From Aggregatilineales bacterium (GTDB lineage Bacteria > Chloroflexota > Anaerolineae > Aggregatilineales > Phototrophicaceae), in contig OY759986.1 in NCBI GenBank assembly GCA_963662925.1, positions 2,763,729 through 2,827,728 on the forward strand: a DNA stretch of 64,000 nucleotides, written 5' to 3'. Shown one piece after another: positions 1 to 9,911 of this stretch. The notes under the pieces were generated by a model that saw nothing but the letters and a program-made list of their open reading frames with translations, did no database searches and had not been told where the DNA came from. The position numbers and the translations under genes were made by a program. Within the stretch, counting starts at the first letter, position 1. Each line of letters starts with the position of its first letter.

Positions 1-1447
1 CCTCCACGACCTCGTCGTCGCTCGCGTTCAACCGTCCATAGCGGATATTGTCCATCACGCTGCCGGAGAAGAGGTGCGTGTCTTGCGGGACGACGCCGAT
101 CTGCCGGCGCAGGCTGTTCTGGCTGATATGCCTGATGTCGTGGCCGTCGATGGTGACGCGGCCGCTGGTGGCGTCGTAGAAACGCATGATGAGCTTGACC
201 ATGGTCGACTTGCCGGCGCCGGTATGACCGACGAAGGCGACGCGCGCGCCCGGCGTCACCGCGAGGTTAATGTTCTTCAGCACCAGTTCGCCATCGCGCG
301 TATAGCGGAACGACAGATCTTCAAAGCGGATATTGCCCTTGATGTCGGGCAAATCCTCGGCGTCCAGGTCGTCGCGGATATCGACCGGGAAATCCATCAG
401 CTTGAAGATGCGATAGCCTGAGGCGATGACGGTCTGCAGCAGGTTGAAACGCCGCGCCAGCATGCGAATCGGGAAGAAGAATTGCTGGATGTAGAGGATG
501 AAAGCCAGCAGCACGCCAACGGAAATCTTCTCGTCCAGGACCAGCGTGCCGCCGACGGATATAAGCGTGCCGGTGGCGACGCCGCCAATCATCTCGACGG
601 TTGGATAAAAGAAGCTGGCGATCAGCGTGGCGCGCTCGGCCGCGTTTCGGCTCGCCATGTTGATTTCGCCGGTGAAGCGGTCGCGGTTGTGCCGCTGGCG
701 GGCGAAGGCTTGGGTGACGCGCACGCCATTGAAGGCTTCCGAGAGCTCGGCGTAGACCTTGGCGTTGGAGTCCGAGACGCGCAGATAGGCTTCGCGGGCG
801 TATATCCGCCAGTAATTGGCGATGACCGTCAGGATGACCAGGGCGGTGAAAGCCACGATAGTCAGCGGCACGTTGATGAGGATCATCGAGATGATGATGC
901 CGAAGAGCATCAAGACTTCGCGGATGGTGCCGACGGCGGCGAAGGTGACGGCTTCGCGCACGACATTGACATCGCTGATCACGCGGGCGATCAGGCGGCC
1001 GACCTCGTATTCCGCGAAGAAGCCGATCGACAGGTACTGAACATGGTCGAAGAGCTGGTTGCGCAGGGTCTGGATGATCGTCTGCCCGATGACCGCCATG
1101 TTGCGCAGCTGCACGCGAAAGCCGATGAAACCGAGCAGCTGCAGGACGACGAAGGCGACGACGCCGGCCGCGAGCACCGACATGTCGCGCTTGCTGATGC
1201 CCTCGTCGATCGCCCAGCCAATCAAGGGCGGGCTGGCGACATTGGCGAGCACGCTGAACATCATCATGACGACGGCGACGCCCAGGTCTTTGCGGTGGGG
1301 CAGCAGATATGAGAAGAGGCGGGCGGTGACCTCGCGGTCGAATCCCGGTTTGTGATCGTCGTCGATTTCGAGGATGGTGGGTTCCGCTTGGTCGCCTTTG
1401 TCTTTCGCGACGAGCGACTTCAGTTTTCTTCGATTCAGGATGGCCAT
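1..1447 (-). CDS. ABC transporter, fused permease/ATP-binding subunit (C-terminal end runs off the left edge)
   Basis: Not in the ORF track because no stop lies inside the window. The reverse complement reads from ATG (1447-1445) as MAILNRRKLK..., through a hydrophobic TM region, to Walker A VGHTGAGKST (about nt 203-232). It lies in tandem with the ABC gene at 1471-3381, the usual heterodimeric exporter layout. Confidence 0.85.
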   Translation of the reverse strand, partial: MAILNRRKLKSLVAKDKGDQAEPTILEIDDDHKPGFDREVTARLFSYLLPHRKDLGVAVVMMMFSVLANVASPPLIGWAIDEGISKRDMSVLAAGVVAFVVLQLLGFIGFRVQLRNMAVIGQTIIQTLRNQLFDHVQYLSIGFFAEYEVGRLIARVISDVNVVREAVTFAAVGTIREVLMLFGIIISMILINVPLTIVAFTALVILTVIANYWRIYAREAYLRVSDSNAKVYAELSEAFNGVRVTQAFARQRHNRDRFTGEINMASRNAAERATLIASFFYPTVEMIGGVATGTLISVGGTLVLDEKISVGVLLAFILYIQQFFFPIRMLARRFNLLQTVIASGYRIFKLMDFPVDIRDDLDAEDLPDIKGNIRFEDLSFRYTRDGELVLKNINLAVTPGARVAFVGHTGAGKSTMVKLIMRFYDATSGRVTIDGHDIRHISQNSLRRQIGVVPQDTHLFSGSVMDNIRYGRLNASDDEVVE

Positions 1448-1470
1448 ACGCGCCAGTCTTCTTGCCTCGG

Positions 1471-3381
1471 TTAATTCGAATACTTGCCCGCGAGCCGGTC
1501 GATCAGGGCGCGGAACTGCTGGGTGGAGCGCCGCTCGTCCAGCGGGAGCTTGATGATGCCGGCGATGATCGCCTCGCGCCGGACGCGTTCCTGCTCCTCG
1601 AGCTGCAATTTGTAAATCTCTTCATAGAGTCCGCCGTCTCGCAGCAGGCTTTCGTGCGTGCCGCGCTGGATGATCTCGCCATCGCGCAGGACGATGATTT
1701 GGTCGGCTTTCAGGATCGTGCTCATGCGCTGGGCGATGACGAAGGTCGTGCGGCCCACCATGATCCGCTCCAGCGCTTGCTGAATCAGGTGCTCGGTGCG
1801 GGTGTCGACGCTGCTGGTGGCGTCGTCCAGGATCAGGATGCGCGGGTCGATGAGCAGGGCGCGGGCGATGGCGATGCGCTGCTTTTGCCCGCCAGACAGG
1901 GTGACGCCGCGTTCGCCCACTTCGGTAAGGTAGCCATCGGGGAACTCGGAGATGAAGTCGTGGGCATTGGCGGATTTGGCGGCGGCGACGATTTCGTCGC
2001 GCGTGGCCTCGGGCTTGCCATAGGCGATATTCTCGTCGATGGTGGCGTTGAAGAGCAGCGACTGCTGCATGACGATGCCGATTTGCCCGCGCAGGCTGTC
2101 GAGGTCGAAATCGCGCGCGTCGATGCCGTCGATGGCGACGCGGCCCGCGGTGACGTCATAGAAGCGCGGGATCAGGTTGGCGATGGTGGTCTTGCCGCTG
2201 CCAGTCAAGCCGATGATGGCCACGACCTCGCCCGGCTTGGCTTCCAGGTCAATCCCGTTCAAGACGGCATGATTGGAGCTGTCATAGCGCGTGCTGACAT
2301 TCTCGAAGCGGACGTGCCCCTTGATGCCGCTTTTGATGGCATTGTCTTTATTCACCACCGCTTCGGGCTCGTCCAGGACTTCGAAGACGCGCTCGCCGCT
2401 GGCGATGGCCTGGGTCGTCAGCAGGATGATGAAGCCGATGAAGCGCAATGGCTGCGAGAGGAGCAGCACGTAGGCGTTGAAGGTGACGATCAAGCCGACG
2501 GTGATATTCGCCATGCCCTGCGATTCCAGGATGCCGCCGAAGAGCAGGACGAGCGCCGTCGACATGGCCGCCAGGAGCGCGCTGGCGGGCAGATAGGTGA
2601 TCCACTGCGTGATGAAATCGAGCTGTTCATCGAAGAGATTCTGGTTTTCCTTGTGAAAGCGTTCAATCTCGTATTGCTCGCGGGCGAAGACGCGCACGAC
2701 TTCGGCGCCCAGGGCGTTCTCCTGGATGTGGTTGCTTAGCGCCTGCATGCGGTCCATCACTTTTTTCCAGCGCGGGTGCACGCGCATCACGAAATGATTG
2801 GAGTAGAAAGCCAGCGGCACAAGCGGAATGAATGCGATGATCGCCAGAAGCGGGCTGCTGGCCAGCATGATGCCGACCACGCCGACCAGCAGGATGACGA
2901 AGTTCAAGCCGTCCATCAGACCATAAGAGAAATAGCGCTGGATCTCGTTGACGTCGCTGATGGCGCGCGTGATGATCGTGCCGACCTGCGCGCTGTCGTG
3001 ATAACTGAAGGATTGGCGCTGCACCTTGTCATAGATCTCGTTGCGAATGTCGTAGGACACATAATAGGACAGGCGCTCGCCGAAGAACCGCCCGACGAAG
3101 GCGGTCGCGCCGCGTATCACGCCCAAGGCGACCACCAGCAGACCCGCGCTGAGCATGTAGGCGCTGTCTTGACGGGCGATGCCGATATCGACGACATCGC
3201 GCAGGATATAGGGCACGACAATCATCAGGATATTCATGCCGATGATGCCAAAGGCGGCCAGGCTGACCCACAGCTTGTATTTGGAGAGATAAGCCATGAG
3301 GCGCTGCCAGATGCGGATGGCGGAGTAGCCACGCGGCTGCGGGCGGGCGTCGAGCCCGGCGGTGGTATTGGCGGTTGCCAT
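1471..3381 (-). CDS. ABC transporter, fused permease/ATP-binding subunit (MsbA/multidrug-exporter type)
   Basis: 636-aa ORF with an N-terminal 6-TM-type region, Walker A GLTGSGKTT, signature LSGGQKQRIAIARAL and Walker B ILILDDATS. Confidence 0.9.
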   Translation of the reverse strand: MATANTTAGLDARPQPRGYSAIRIWQRLMAYLSKYKLWVSLAAFGIIGMNILMIVVPYILRDVVDIGIARQDSAYMLSAGLLVVALGVIRGATAFVGRFFGERLSYYVSYDIRNEIYDKVQRQSFSYHDSAQVGTIITRAISDVNEIQRYFSYGLMDGLNFVILLVGVVGIMLASSPLLAIIAFIPLVPLAFYSNHFVMRVHPRWKKVMDRMQALSNHIQENALGAEVVRVFAREQYEIERFHKENQNLFDEQLDFITQWITYLPASALLAAMSTALVLLFGGILESQGMANITVGLIVTFNAYVLLLSQPLRFIGFIILLTTQAIASGERVFEVLDEPEAVVNKDNAIKSGIKGHVRFENVSTRYDSSNHAVLNGIDLEAKPGEVVAIIGLTGSGKTTIANLIPRFYDVTAGRVAIDGIDARDFDLDSLRGQIGIVMQQSLLFNATIDENIAYGKPEATRDEIVAAAKSANAHDFISEFPDGYLTEVGERGVTLSGGQKQRIAIARALLIDPRILILDDATSSVDTRTEHLIQQALERIMVGRTTFVIAQRMSTILKADQIIVLRDGEIIQRGTHESLLRDGGLYEEIYKLQLEEQERVRREAIIAGIIKLPLDERRSTQQFRALIDRLAGKYSN

Positions 3382-3607
3382 GCGCGGCCTCCTGGCGGCG
3401 GGGCAAAAGTGTCGATTCCGGCGCCGGCGAAAATGCTCAAAATCCGCTGGCGCGCAAGCCTCCAGTGTACAGCAGCGAATGCCGATTTACTATGAGTAGA
3501 TGACGCAGTTCCGAATTCGCGCCGCGCCACGACTCGGCACTGGCATTCCTATCAAGAATCGTCAAAATACGGGGAAAGAAACTGTCGCGAGCCGAGAGGA
3601 CAAGGGG

Positions 3608-4372
3608 ATGTCTGATATGAAGCCAATTGCGCTGCAGCTGTATACCGTGCGCGAGCTGCTTGGGGAGGATTTCGAAGGCACGGTTCGGTCCGTGGCTGAA
3701 ATGGGCTACGTGGGGGTCGAGCCCTACGGCGGGATGCCCTGCGAACTGTCGGCGGCGGCGGATCTGTTTCGCGCGCTGGATTTGCAGGTCTGCAACTGCC
3801 ATGTGGCCTTTCCTGATGAAGACAACCGAGAGGCCGTTCTGGAGGTGGCCGCGGCTTTAGACTTGTCGAGCGTCGCCATCGCCTTTCTGCCGCCGGCCGA
3901 CTTCGAGACGATAGACGCCGTCAAGCGGACCTGCGAGAATCTGAACCGCGCCGGCGAGTTCCTGCGCGCGAACGGCTTGACGCTGCATTATCACAATCAC
4001 TGGTGGGAGTTCAAGCGCATCGACGGCAAGGCGACCCTGGACCTCATGCTGGAGGAACTGGACGAGCGCGTCGGCTTGCAGATTGACACCTATTGGGCGC
4101 AGGTGGGTGGCGAAGACGCGGTCGAGGTGGTCTCGCAGGTTGGCGCGCGCGCGCCGCTGATTCACCTGAAAGACGGCTGGCTGGATATAGACGGCGATAT
4201 GGCGGCGGTCGGCCACGGCGTGATGGACGTGCCCGCCATCGTGGGCGCGACCGCGCGGACGGCGCAATGGCATATCGTGGAGCAGGACCGCAGCAATAAC
4301 GATCGCCTGGAAGCGGTGCGGCAGAGTTATGACTACTTGACAGGGAATGGACTGGCGCGCGGCAAGAAATAG
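3608..4372 (+). CDS. Sugar phosphate isomerase/epimerase (xylose isomerase-like TIM barrel family)
   Basis: Start trimmed to the Met at 3608, which follows GAGGA. Family-typical strings are present: LQLYTVR, YHNHWWEF, DTYW, HLKD. Confidence 0.7.
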   Translation: MSDMKPIALQLYTVRELLGEDFEGTVRSVAEMGYVGVEPYGGMPCELSAAADLFRALDLQVCNCHVAFPDEDNREAVLEVAAALDLSSVAIAFLPPADFETIDAVKRTCENLNRAGEFLRANGLTLHYHNHWWEFKRIDGKATLDLMLEELDERVGLQIDTYWAQVGGEDAVEVVSQVGARAPLIHLKDGWLDIDGDMAAVGHGVMDVPAIVGATARTAQWHIVEQDRSNNDRLEAVRQSYDYLTGNGLARGKK

Positions 4373-4387
4373 GGCCCGCCTTTTGTT

Positions 4388-4431
4388 CTCCCCTTCCCTC
4401 CCTGTGGGGGCAAGGGGCCGGGGATGGGGGT
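4388..4431 (+). repeat. Family B repeat, core only (CCCCTTCCC...GGGGCAAGGGGCCGGGGATGGGGG)
   Basis: Same core as at 23701-23741, 36435-36477 and 49171-49213. It ends 3 nt before the ATG at 4435. Confidence 0.6.
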
Positions 4432-4434
4432 GAA

Positions 4435-5436
4435 ATGAAAGTATCAATCGATGCGCTGCGCATGGCGACGCGGCGGGCGATCGCGGCGCAGGGCTTCAAC
4501 GACGCCGACGCCGAGGTCATCCTGGATGTCATTCTGTACGCGCAGCTGCGTGGCAACAATCAGAACGTGATCAAGCTGCTGGGCGCGGGCATGCCAGCCG
4601 ATTCCGCGGCGGGCGAGGTGCGAGTCGTCAAGGAAACCAAGCTGTCGGCGCTGCTCGATGGCGGCTGGAATCAGGGCATGGCGGTCGTTTCGCGGGCGAC
4701 AGCGCTGGCGATTGAGAAGGCGGGCGACCATGGCTTCGGCATCGTCGGGACGCGGCGCACCAATTCGCCAACCGGCGCGATCGGCTATTTCGCGCGCCAG
4801 CTCGCGGACGCGGGTTTGATCGGATTCGTCTGCTCCGGCTCGATGGAGTTGATGGCGATGCATGGTTCCTACGAGCCCTTCTTCGGCACGAATCCGCTTG
4901 CAATTGGCATCCCGACCGCGGGGGCGCCGATCGTTTTTGACATGGCGACGGCGGCGATCGCCTGGTATGGCATTCACCTGGCGCAGGCCGAGGGCAAATC
5001 GATCCCGGAAGGCGTCGCCTACGACAGCGAGGGACGGCTGACGACCGATCCGGCCGCGGCGCTGGCGGGCGCGATCAAGGCTTTCGGCGGCTACAAGGGC
5101 GCGGCGCTGGCTTTGATTGTGGAGGTTCTGACACGGCCATTGGTCGGGGCTATTCGCGATGAAGCGGGCAAGAAGCTGGACTGGGGCAACCTGGTCTTCG
5201 CGATCGATCCTGAACTGCTGGCGGACGATCTCGCGAGCTTCCAGGCGGGCGTCAGCGATTTGCTGGGGCGTCTCAAGCGGCTCAAGCGCTTGCCGGGCGT
5301 CGACGAGATTCTGGCGCCGGGCGAACGAGGCGACCGCGTCTACGCGCAAGTCATGGCGGCGGGCGTGATCGACATGGATGCCGAAATCTGGCGCGATTTG
5401 CAGGCCGTCGGCGCTTCAGTCGACGATGCCGATTGA
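4435..5436 (+). CDS. Ldh_2 family (malate/L-lactate dehydrogenase type 2) oxidoreductase
   Basis: 333-aa ORF. N-terminus and length are typical of the Ldh_2 family (..AIAAQGF..ADAEVILDVILYAQLRG..). The specific substrate cannot be assigned. Confidence 0.7.
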   Translation: MKVSIDALRMATRRAIAAQGFNDADAEVILDVILYAQLRGNNQNVIKLLGAGMPADSAAGEVRVVKETKLSALLDGGWNQGMAVVSRATALAIEKAGDHGFGIVGTRRTNSPTGAIGYFARQLADAGLIGFVCSGSMELMAMHGSYEPFFGTNPLAIGIPTAGAPIVFDMATAAIAWYGIHLAQAEGKSIPEGVAYDSEGRLTTDPAAALAGAIKAFGGYKGAALALIVEVLTRPLVGAIRDEAGKKLDWGNLVFAIDPELLADDLASFQAGVSDLLGRLKRLKRLPGVDEILAPGERGDRVYAQVMAAGVIDMDAEIWRDLQAVGASVDDAD

Positions 5437-7023
5437 GGGCAGCATGCGCTCGTAGAAAACGCCGGGCTTGCCGCGCCGGTCCGATGGCAGGCTGGCCAAG
5501 CCGCCGGCGATGAAAAGATGGCTTGAGCCTTCACCGCTGAGATTCAACGCGTCATGCGCGCCTTCCGCTTTCAAGATGGCCGCGATTTCAGCCAGGGTGG
5601 CGCCCTGGCTTTCCGATCCCGCGCGGAAATCGCTATCGCAGCCATCGACGACGAGCAGCAGCAGGTCGCCGCCTGGCAGGAGGCCGAGGGCGCTGCGGGC
5701 TTTGCGCCGGCTCGCGCCAGCCAAGTCGATTTGCACGGGTGAAACGCCGACCGCGCCACCCTGGCTCGGGCAAAACTCCTCGCTGGCGGCTGACTGGCTA
5801 AGCGCGATATCCCCGCCGCTTAAGAGAATCGGGCCGGCTTGAATCGCCGACTGCGCCCGATAGCTGTCATTGGCGAATTCGTATTCGACCCAGGCGTTTT
5901 CAATCAGCCCGTCGGCGAATGCGCCCGGCAGCGCGCCATCCCGCAGCGACAGGACAAACCCGTTTTGCGGAATCTGCAGGCTGCCGCCCCGCTTCCAGCT
6001 CAACACCTGCCGATTGACCAGCACGAACTCGATGCGGTCGTCGGCGGCGGGCGTGCGATCGAGCGGCAGACTCCCGTTGCGCAAACCGCCGGCGCGGGTG
6101 TATAGCGCGATTGGCTCGGGCGCGGCGGGGTTCAGGCTGAAGCGGCCGGCGCCCTTGGCCTTGGCGCTCAGCATGATCTCGCCCGGCAGCACGAGTTCGA
6201 CGTCATCAAGCCCGATGCTGTCAATGCGCCAGGCGCCGCCGTCGTAGAGCAGGGCGCCGCGGCGATAGATGGGCGGACGCAGGATCGTGTTTTCCGCCAC
6301 CATCAGGCCGATGGCGTCGCCATAGCCGGAGTGGTAACTGATGAGGTCGTCATGCTCGTGCAGGAAATGTGAAGTGTTGAAGACGATCTGGCGTTCGTGA
6401 TTCTGAATGTAGCGGCGAATGAAATCGCAGCGGCCGATGCGGACGAAATTGTGGCGGACGTCAAATTGGCGGAAGATGCGCGGCTGGTAGCTGCCCCGTT
6501 CGATGTTGGGGAAGAGATCCAGCTGAATTGCCGCTTCCAGCCAGCGCAGGATCGCCTTCGCCCTCGCCGCCCAGTCGCGATTTTCGGGCGGAATATCGAC
6601 CTGCCATTCATAGGTGTCGCCGATGTATTCATTCAGCCGCAGCCAGCCATCCGCGAGCAGTTTGCGCAAGACGCAGGTGATGAATGAGTTGGCGCTGATG
6701 ATGTGTTCGCCGTCATCGCTTTCGTAGCTCAGGCCGGGGAAGAGTTGATCGGCGCGGCGGTCGGTCTGCATTGCCGTCCAGGTGAGGATGTGCGGCTTCG
6801 GCTGGCCCCGGCCGCGGGCGCGCGCGTAAAACATGCGGGCGATGTCCTGCTGGCGCACGTAGCTGCTCATCGGGTGCAGGTCTTCAAATCGCAGGCGCTG
6901 GCTAGGCACGTCCACCAGATGCAGCGTGGATGTGGCGCCCCCCGCCAACTGCCGCGTTTCCTTTCGATGCCGGATCTGTGCCATGGTGTCGCGCTCGACG
7001 CTTCCCAATCCGCTGCCCGTCAC
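5416..7023 (-). CDS. Hypothetical protein with C-terminal phosphodiester glycosidase (NAGPA/DUF2233)-like domain
   Basis: 535-aa ORF. The C-terminal part (ARSALGLLPGGDLLLLVVDG...GATLAEIAAILKAEGAHDALNLSGEGSSHLF) resembles the NAGPA signature (..llvvDG....G.tl.ela..l...G...AlNLDGGGSS). The N-terminal ~330 aa are unrecognised and no signal peptide is seen. Confidence 0.55.
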   Translation of the reverse strand: MTGSGLGSVERDTMAQIRHRKETRQLAGGATSTLHLVDVPSQRLRFEDLHPMSSYVRQQDIARMFYARARGRGQPKPHILTWTAMQTDRRADQLFPGLSYESDDGEHIISANSFITCVLRKLLADGWLRLNEYIGDTYEWQVDIPPENRDWAARAKAILRWLEAAIQLDLFPNIERGSYQPRIFRQFDVRHNFVRIGRCDFIRRYIQNHERQIVFNTSHFLHEHDDLISYHSGYGDAIGLMVAENTILRPPIYRRGALLYDGGAWRIDSIGLDDVELVLPGEIMLSAKAKGAGRFSLNPAAPEPIALYTRAGGLRNGSLPLDRTPAADDRIEFVLVNRQVLSWKRGGSLQIPQNGFVLSLRDGALPGAFADGLIENAWVEYEFANDSYRAQSAIQAGPILLSGGDIALSQSAASEEFCPSQGGAVGVSPVQIDLAGASRRKARSALGLLPGGDLLLLVVDGCDSDFRAGSESQGATLAEIAAILKAEGAHDALNLSGEGSSHLFIAGGLASLPSDRRGKPGVFYERMLPSIGIVD

Positions 7024-7071
7024 TATACCTTTTTCGCCTTTGCCGGCAAAGTCCGCCGCCCGGGCGGGGGC

Positions 7072-8322
7072 TCAGCCGATGAGGTGGAAGGCCTCTTGCC
7101 GTCCATCGAGCCAGCGCATCGTGCCGCCAGTGAGCGCGGCATCCTCTTCCAGCATGATTCGCGCGTCTTGCCCGCCCCATTCCGGGATGCCGCGTGTGAC
7201 GTTCAACTCGATGGAATAGACGGTGTCAGCGTAGAGGGGGTAATCGCCGACGCCGGGCACGCCCGCCTGTTGATCCCATAGCCCGATCAGGGGGCCTGCC
7301 GCGTGGCCGTGCACGCCGAGCGGATGCGAATAAATTTGCGCGCGGATGCCTTCGCCTTTCGCGCGCTCCAGGGCGGCGCTCAAGACCTCGTTGCCGCTTC
7401 TGCCGGCTCGCATCGCTTCCAGGTGGATGTCTTGCAGGCGATTGCCGTCTTTCAAAGCGGCAAGCAAACCGGCTGGCGGCGCCGTCTCGCCCGGCTGGAG
7501 GACGTAGGCGTGCTGCTGCTGGTCGGTCGCCAAGCCCAGATAGTGGAAGCCCATGTCGCAGTGCAGCAGATCGCCCGGCTGGATGATCTTCCGCGGATTC
7601 TCGGTCTGCTGATACGATTGGCCGGGCGCTTGAATATCGATGGTCGGCTGGAACCAGGCGCTCAAGCCGGCCTCCTGCATCGTCTGGCGCATCCACCAGA
7701 CGACGTCATCGCTGCTGGTGAGCCCGGGGTGGATGACGGCGGTGGAGAAGGCGCGCGCGATGATCTGATGGCTCGTTTCCGCCAGGCGTGAATAAGCGAC
7801 GATCTCTTCTGGCAGGCGCCGCTCCAGCCAGCCGACGCAGAGATTCTCGGCGCTGACCAGCCGCTGCCGGTAGCGCTCGCCCAAGGCGTCGGCCAGCAGC
7901 TGAAACTCGGTGCGCGAGACGCCATCGCCAAAGGCGAAAGTCCGCGAGAAATTGAGGCCGATTCTCTGCGGATCGCGCTCGTGGATTATCCGCGCCAGGC
8001 AAGCGAACTGGTCTTCATCGTCGGGCTTCCAGACGGCGTCGTAAAAGCCCTCGTAGCCATAGCGCGAGAGCGTCATTCGCTCGACGCCGTCGCCAGCGCG
8101 CGCGAAGACGAGAATCGTGCGGCGGCGCGCCGACATGGACGTGGCCGGCAGCAGCGACATGAGGACCGGGTCTTCGTTGTATTCGCGGCAGATCACGATC
8201 CAGATGTCGATGCCTTCGCGCGCCAGCAGAGTCGGCATGATGGTCTCGAGCCGCGTCTTCAGCCAGCGATCGCGGATGGCGGCTTGCTCTCGCAGCGGCA
8301 GAATCTCGTTCATGAAGTCCAT
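7072..8322 (-). CDS. M24 family metallopeptidase (Xaa-Pro peptidase/creatinase-like)
   Basis: The ORF track extends to 8814, but the upstream 164 aa are Arg/Ala-rich shadow overlapping the neighbouring gene. Start set at MDFMNEILPLREQ (ATG 8322-8320). The creatinase-like N domain and pita-bread C domain carry HCDMGFHY and HPLGVHGH motifs. Confidence 0.8.
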   Translation of the reverse strand: MDFMNEILPLREQAAIRDRWLKTRLETIMPTLLAREGIDIWIVICREYNEDPVLMSLLPATSMSARRRTILVFARAGDGVERMTLSRYGYEGFYDAVWKPDDEDQFACLARIIHERDPQRIGLNFSRTFAFGDGVSRTEFQLLADALGERYRQRLVSAENLCVGWLERRLPEEIVAYSRLAETSHQIIARAFSTAVIHPGLTSSDDVVWWMRQTMQEAGLSAWFQPTIDIQAPGQSYQQTENPRKIIQPGDLLHCDMGFHYLGLATDQQQHAYVLQPGETAPPAGLLAALKDGNRLQDIHLEAMRAGRSGNEVLSAALERAKGEGIRAQIYSHPLGVHGHAAGPLIGLWDQQAGVPGVGDYPLYADTVYSIELNVTRGIPEWGGQDARIMLEEDAALTGGTMRWLDGRQEAFHLIG

Positions 8323-8393
8323 GGAATCATCCCCGTCCCCTGAGGCCAGGCGTCGTATAGTTGAAACTCCTTGAGCAGCCCGCCGCGGGCCCT

Positions 8394-9749
8394 TTAGTTG
8401 CCCAGCGACGGCGCCACCGCCCGCTGCCAATGCAGACGCAGGGCGGCGTGCCCGCGCCGATATGAGCCATAGAGGTAAAGCAATTCGAGCGCCATGCCGA
8501 TGGTCAAGCCGAGGGAGGCGGCCAAGATGCCATGCAAGCCGAGGGCGATGCCGCCCCATACGGTCGCCGTCGTCAACGCGAAGCCGATGACGATCGCCTG
8601 ATAAATCGCGGCGGTTTTGTGGCTGAGCATGAGCAGCGCGCGCAGGTAGCTTTGCAAGGTCGTCAGCAGAGGCAGCAGGATGCCCGCTTGCGCGCCGACC
8701 AGCACCAGCTCGCGCAGATGCGCCGGCACTTGCAGGATGGCGCCCTGATACATGCTGATGACCGGCGTGAATGCGAAGACGGTCATGATCACGCTGAGGG
8801 CGACGCCGAGCCAAATCGTGAAGCTGCGCAGAATACGGTGGCGCGCTTCGCTGTCATTCAGCGAGATCACCACTTCCTGATAAGCCATGCCGCCGGAGCG
8901 GGCGACCAGCAAGATCGTGAAAACGACGGGCCAAGCCGCCAGGCTTTGCGTCGCGTCGGGCATGCTGGCGAGCCCGCGTTCAATGACCGGGCTGACGAGG
9001 ATCGTGATCACGCTGGTGGCGGCCAGCGGCAGATGGAAGCGCAGCGCGTCTCGCTGGGTTAGCGCGCGCTGCCCCGCGGCGAGCGGAGTCGACAGCAGGC
9101 GTCCGACGTCCGCGCGCGAGACGATGTGGGTGTAGGTCGTTTCCGCCGCCATCGCCAGCATCAGGGCGATCGCCCCGACGGAGGCGCCGGCGATCGTGGT
9201 GACCGCGCCCAGCCCGATGGCGACTCCGCTGGACGCGATGCTGCGAATCACGGCGCCATTGGCGACATACCGCGTGTTGCCGCTGCGGATGATGACGCCC
9301 TGATGAAAGCGGCGATACCCGATGAAGGCGCCCCAGAAGACCATGATTTTCATACCCGGCCGGGTCGCTTCAATAATGTGGATCGGCACGTTGAGCAGGC
9401 CGCCGAGGTAGAGGTCCAGCAGCGGCGTGAATGCCATCAGCGCGGCGATCGCCGTCACGACCAGATTGACCGCCATCATGAAGCGCCAGAGCACGCGGAA
9501 GGACTGTCGATCGCGCGAAAGGGCGTTGCTGGTCGCCAGCAGCATGATGACGGGCGTCTCGATGAGCACGGACAGCGAGAACATCAGGCCGAAAGCCGCC
9601 AGCTGCGTCTCGGCGTCGGGCTTGCGGCCGATGACGCCCTGAATCCAGAGCCCTTCCAGCGTCATCAAGAGCCAGGACAGCGCCAGCGGCAGCCAGAAAA
9701 ACAGAACCTTGCGATAGCTCACGAATTGATCGCTTCTCAAGATAGGCAA
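8394..9749 (-). CDS. MOP-superfamily (MATE/Wzx-like) polytopic membrane transporter
   Basis: 451 aa with about 12 hydrophobic segments and MATE/flippase-like two-fold organisation. The family call rests on topology and weak similarity only. Confidence 0.55.
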   Translation of the reverse strand: MPILRSDQFVSYRKVLFFWLPLALSWLLMTLEGLWIQGVIGRKPDAETQLAAFGLMFSLSVLIETPVIMLLATSNALSRDRQSFRVLWRFMMAVNLVVTAIAALMAFTPLLDLYLGGLLNVPIHIIEATRPGMKIMVFWGAFIGYRRFHQGVIIRSGNTRYVANGAVIRSIASSGVAIGLGAVTTIAGASVGAIALMLAMAAETTYTHIVSRADVGRLLSTPLAAGQRALTQRDALRFHLPLAATSVITILVSPVIERGLASMPDATQSLAAWPVVFTILLVARSGGMAYQEVVISLNDSEARHRILRSFTIWLGVALSVIMTVFAFTPVISMYQGAILQVPAHLRELVLVGAQAGILLPLLTTLQSYLRALLMLSHKTAAIYQAIVIGFALTTATVWGGIALGLHGILAASLGLTIGMALELLYLYGSYRRGHAALRLHWQRAVAPSLGN

Positions 9750-9911
9750 CGGCGCGTATTCTAGCGGAAAGGCGCGTCAATTGATACGGAGCTTGAAGGG
9801 CGGCTCGCGTTGATTTCGCCGCGATCAGGCCTCGTGTCGAATGACCCGCTTCCATGTTACAGTTGACGGCGATAGGCAAAGCGCAGCCACTATTGAAAGG
9901 CGGAGATTGAG

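Noticed and set aside
7072-8814. Long N-terminal extensions in the ORF track: M24 peptidase to 8814, ligA to 26209, aspartate kinase to 49195, PIG-L from 50040, aroQ from 45447, trpD from 32864, trpG from 32308 and the aquaporin to 20178.
   Set aside because: The extensions overlap neighbouring genes or repeats, lack homology to the families concerned, and have internal starts with better RBS context that give canonical N-termini. The features were trimmed accordingly.
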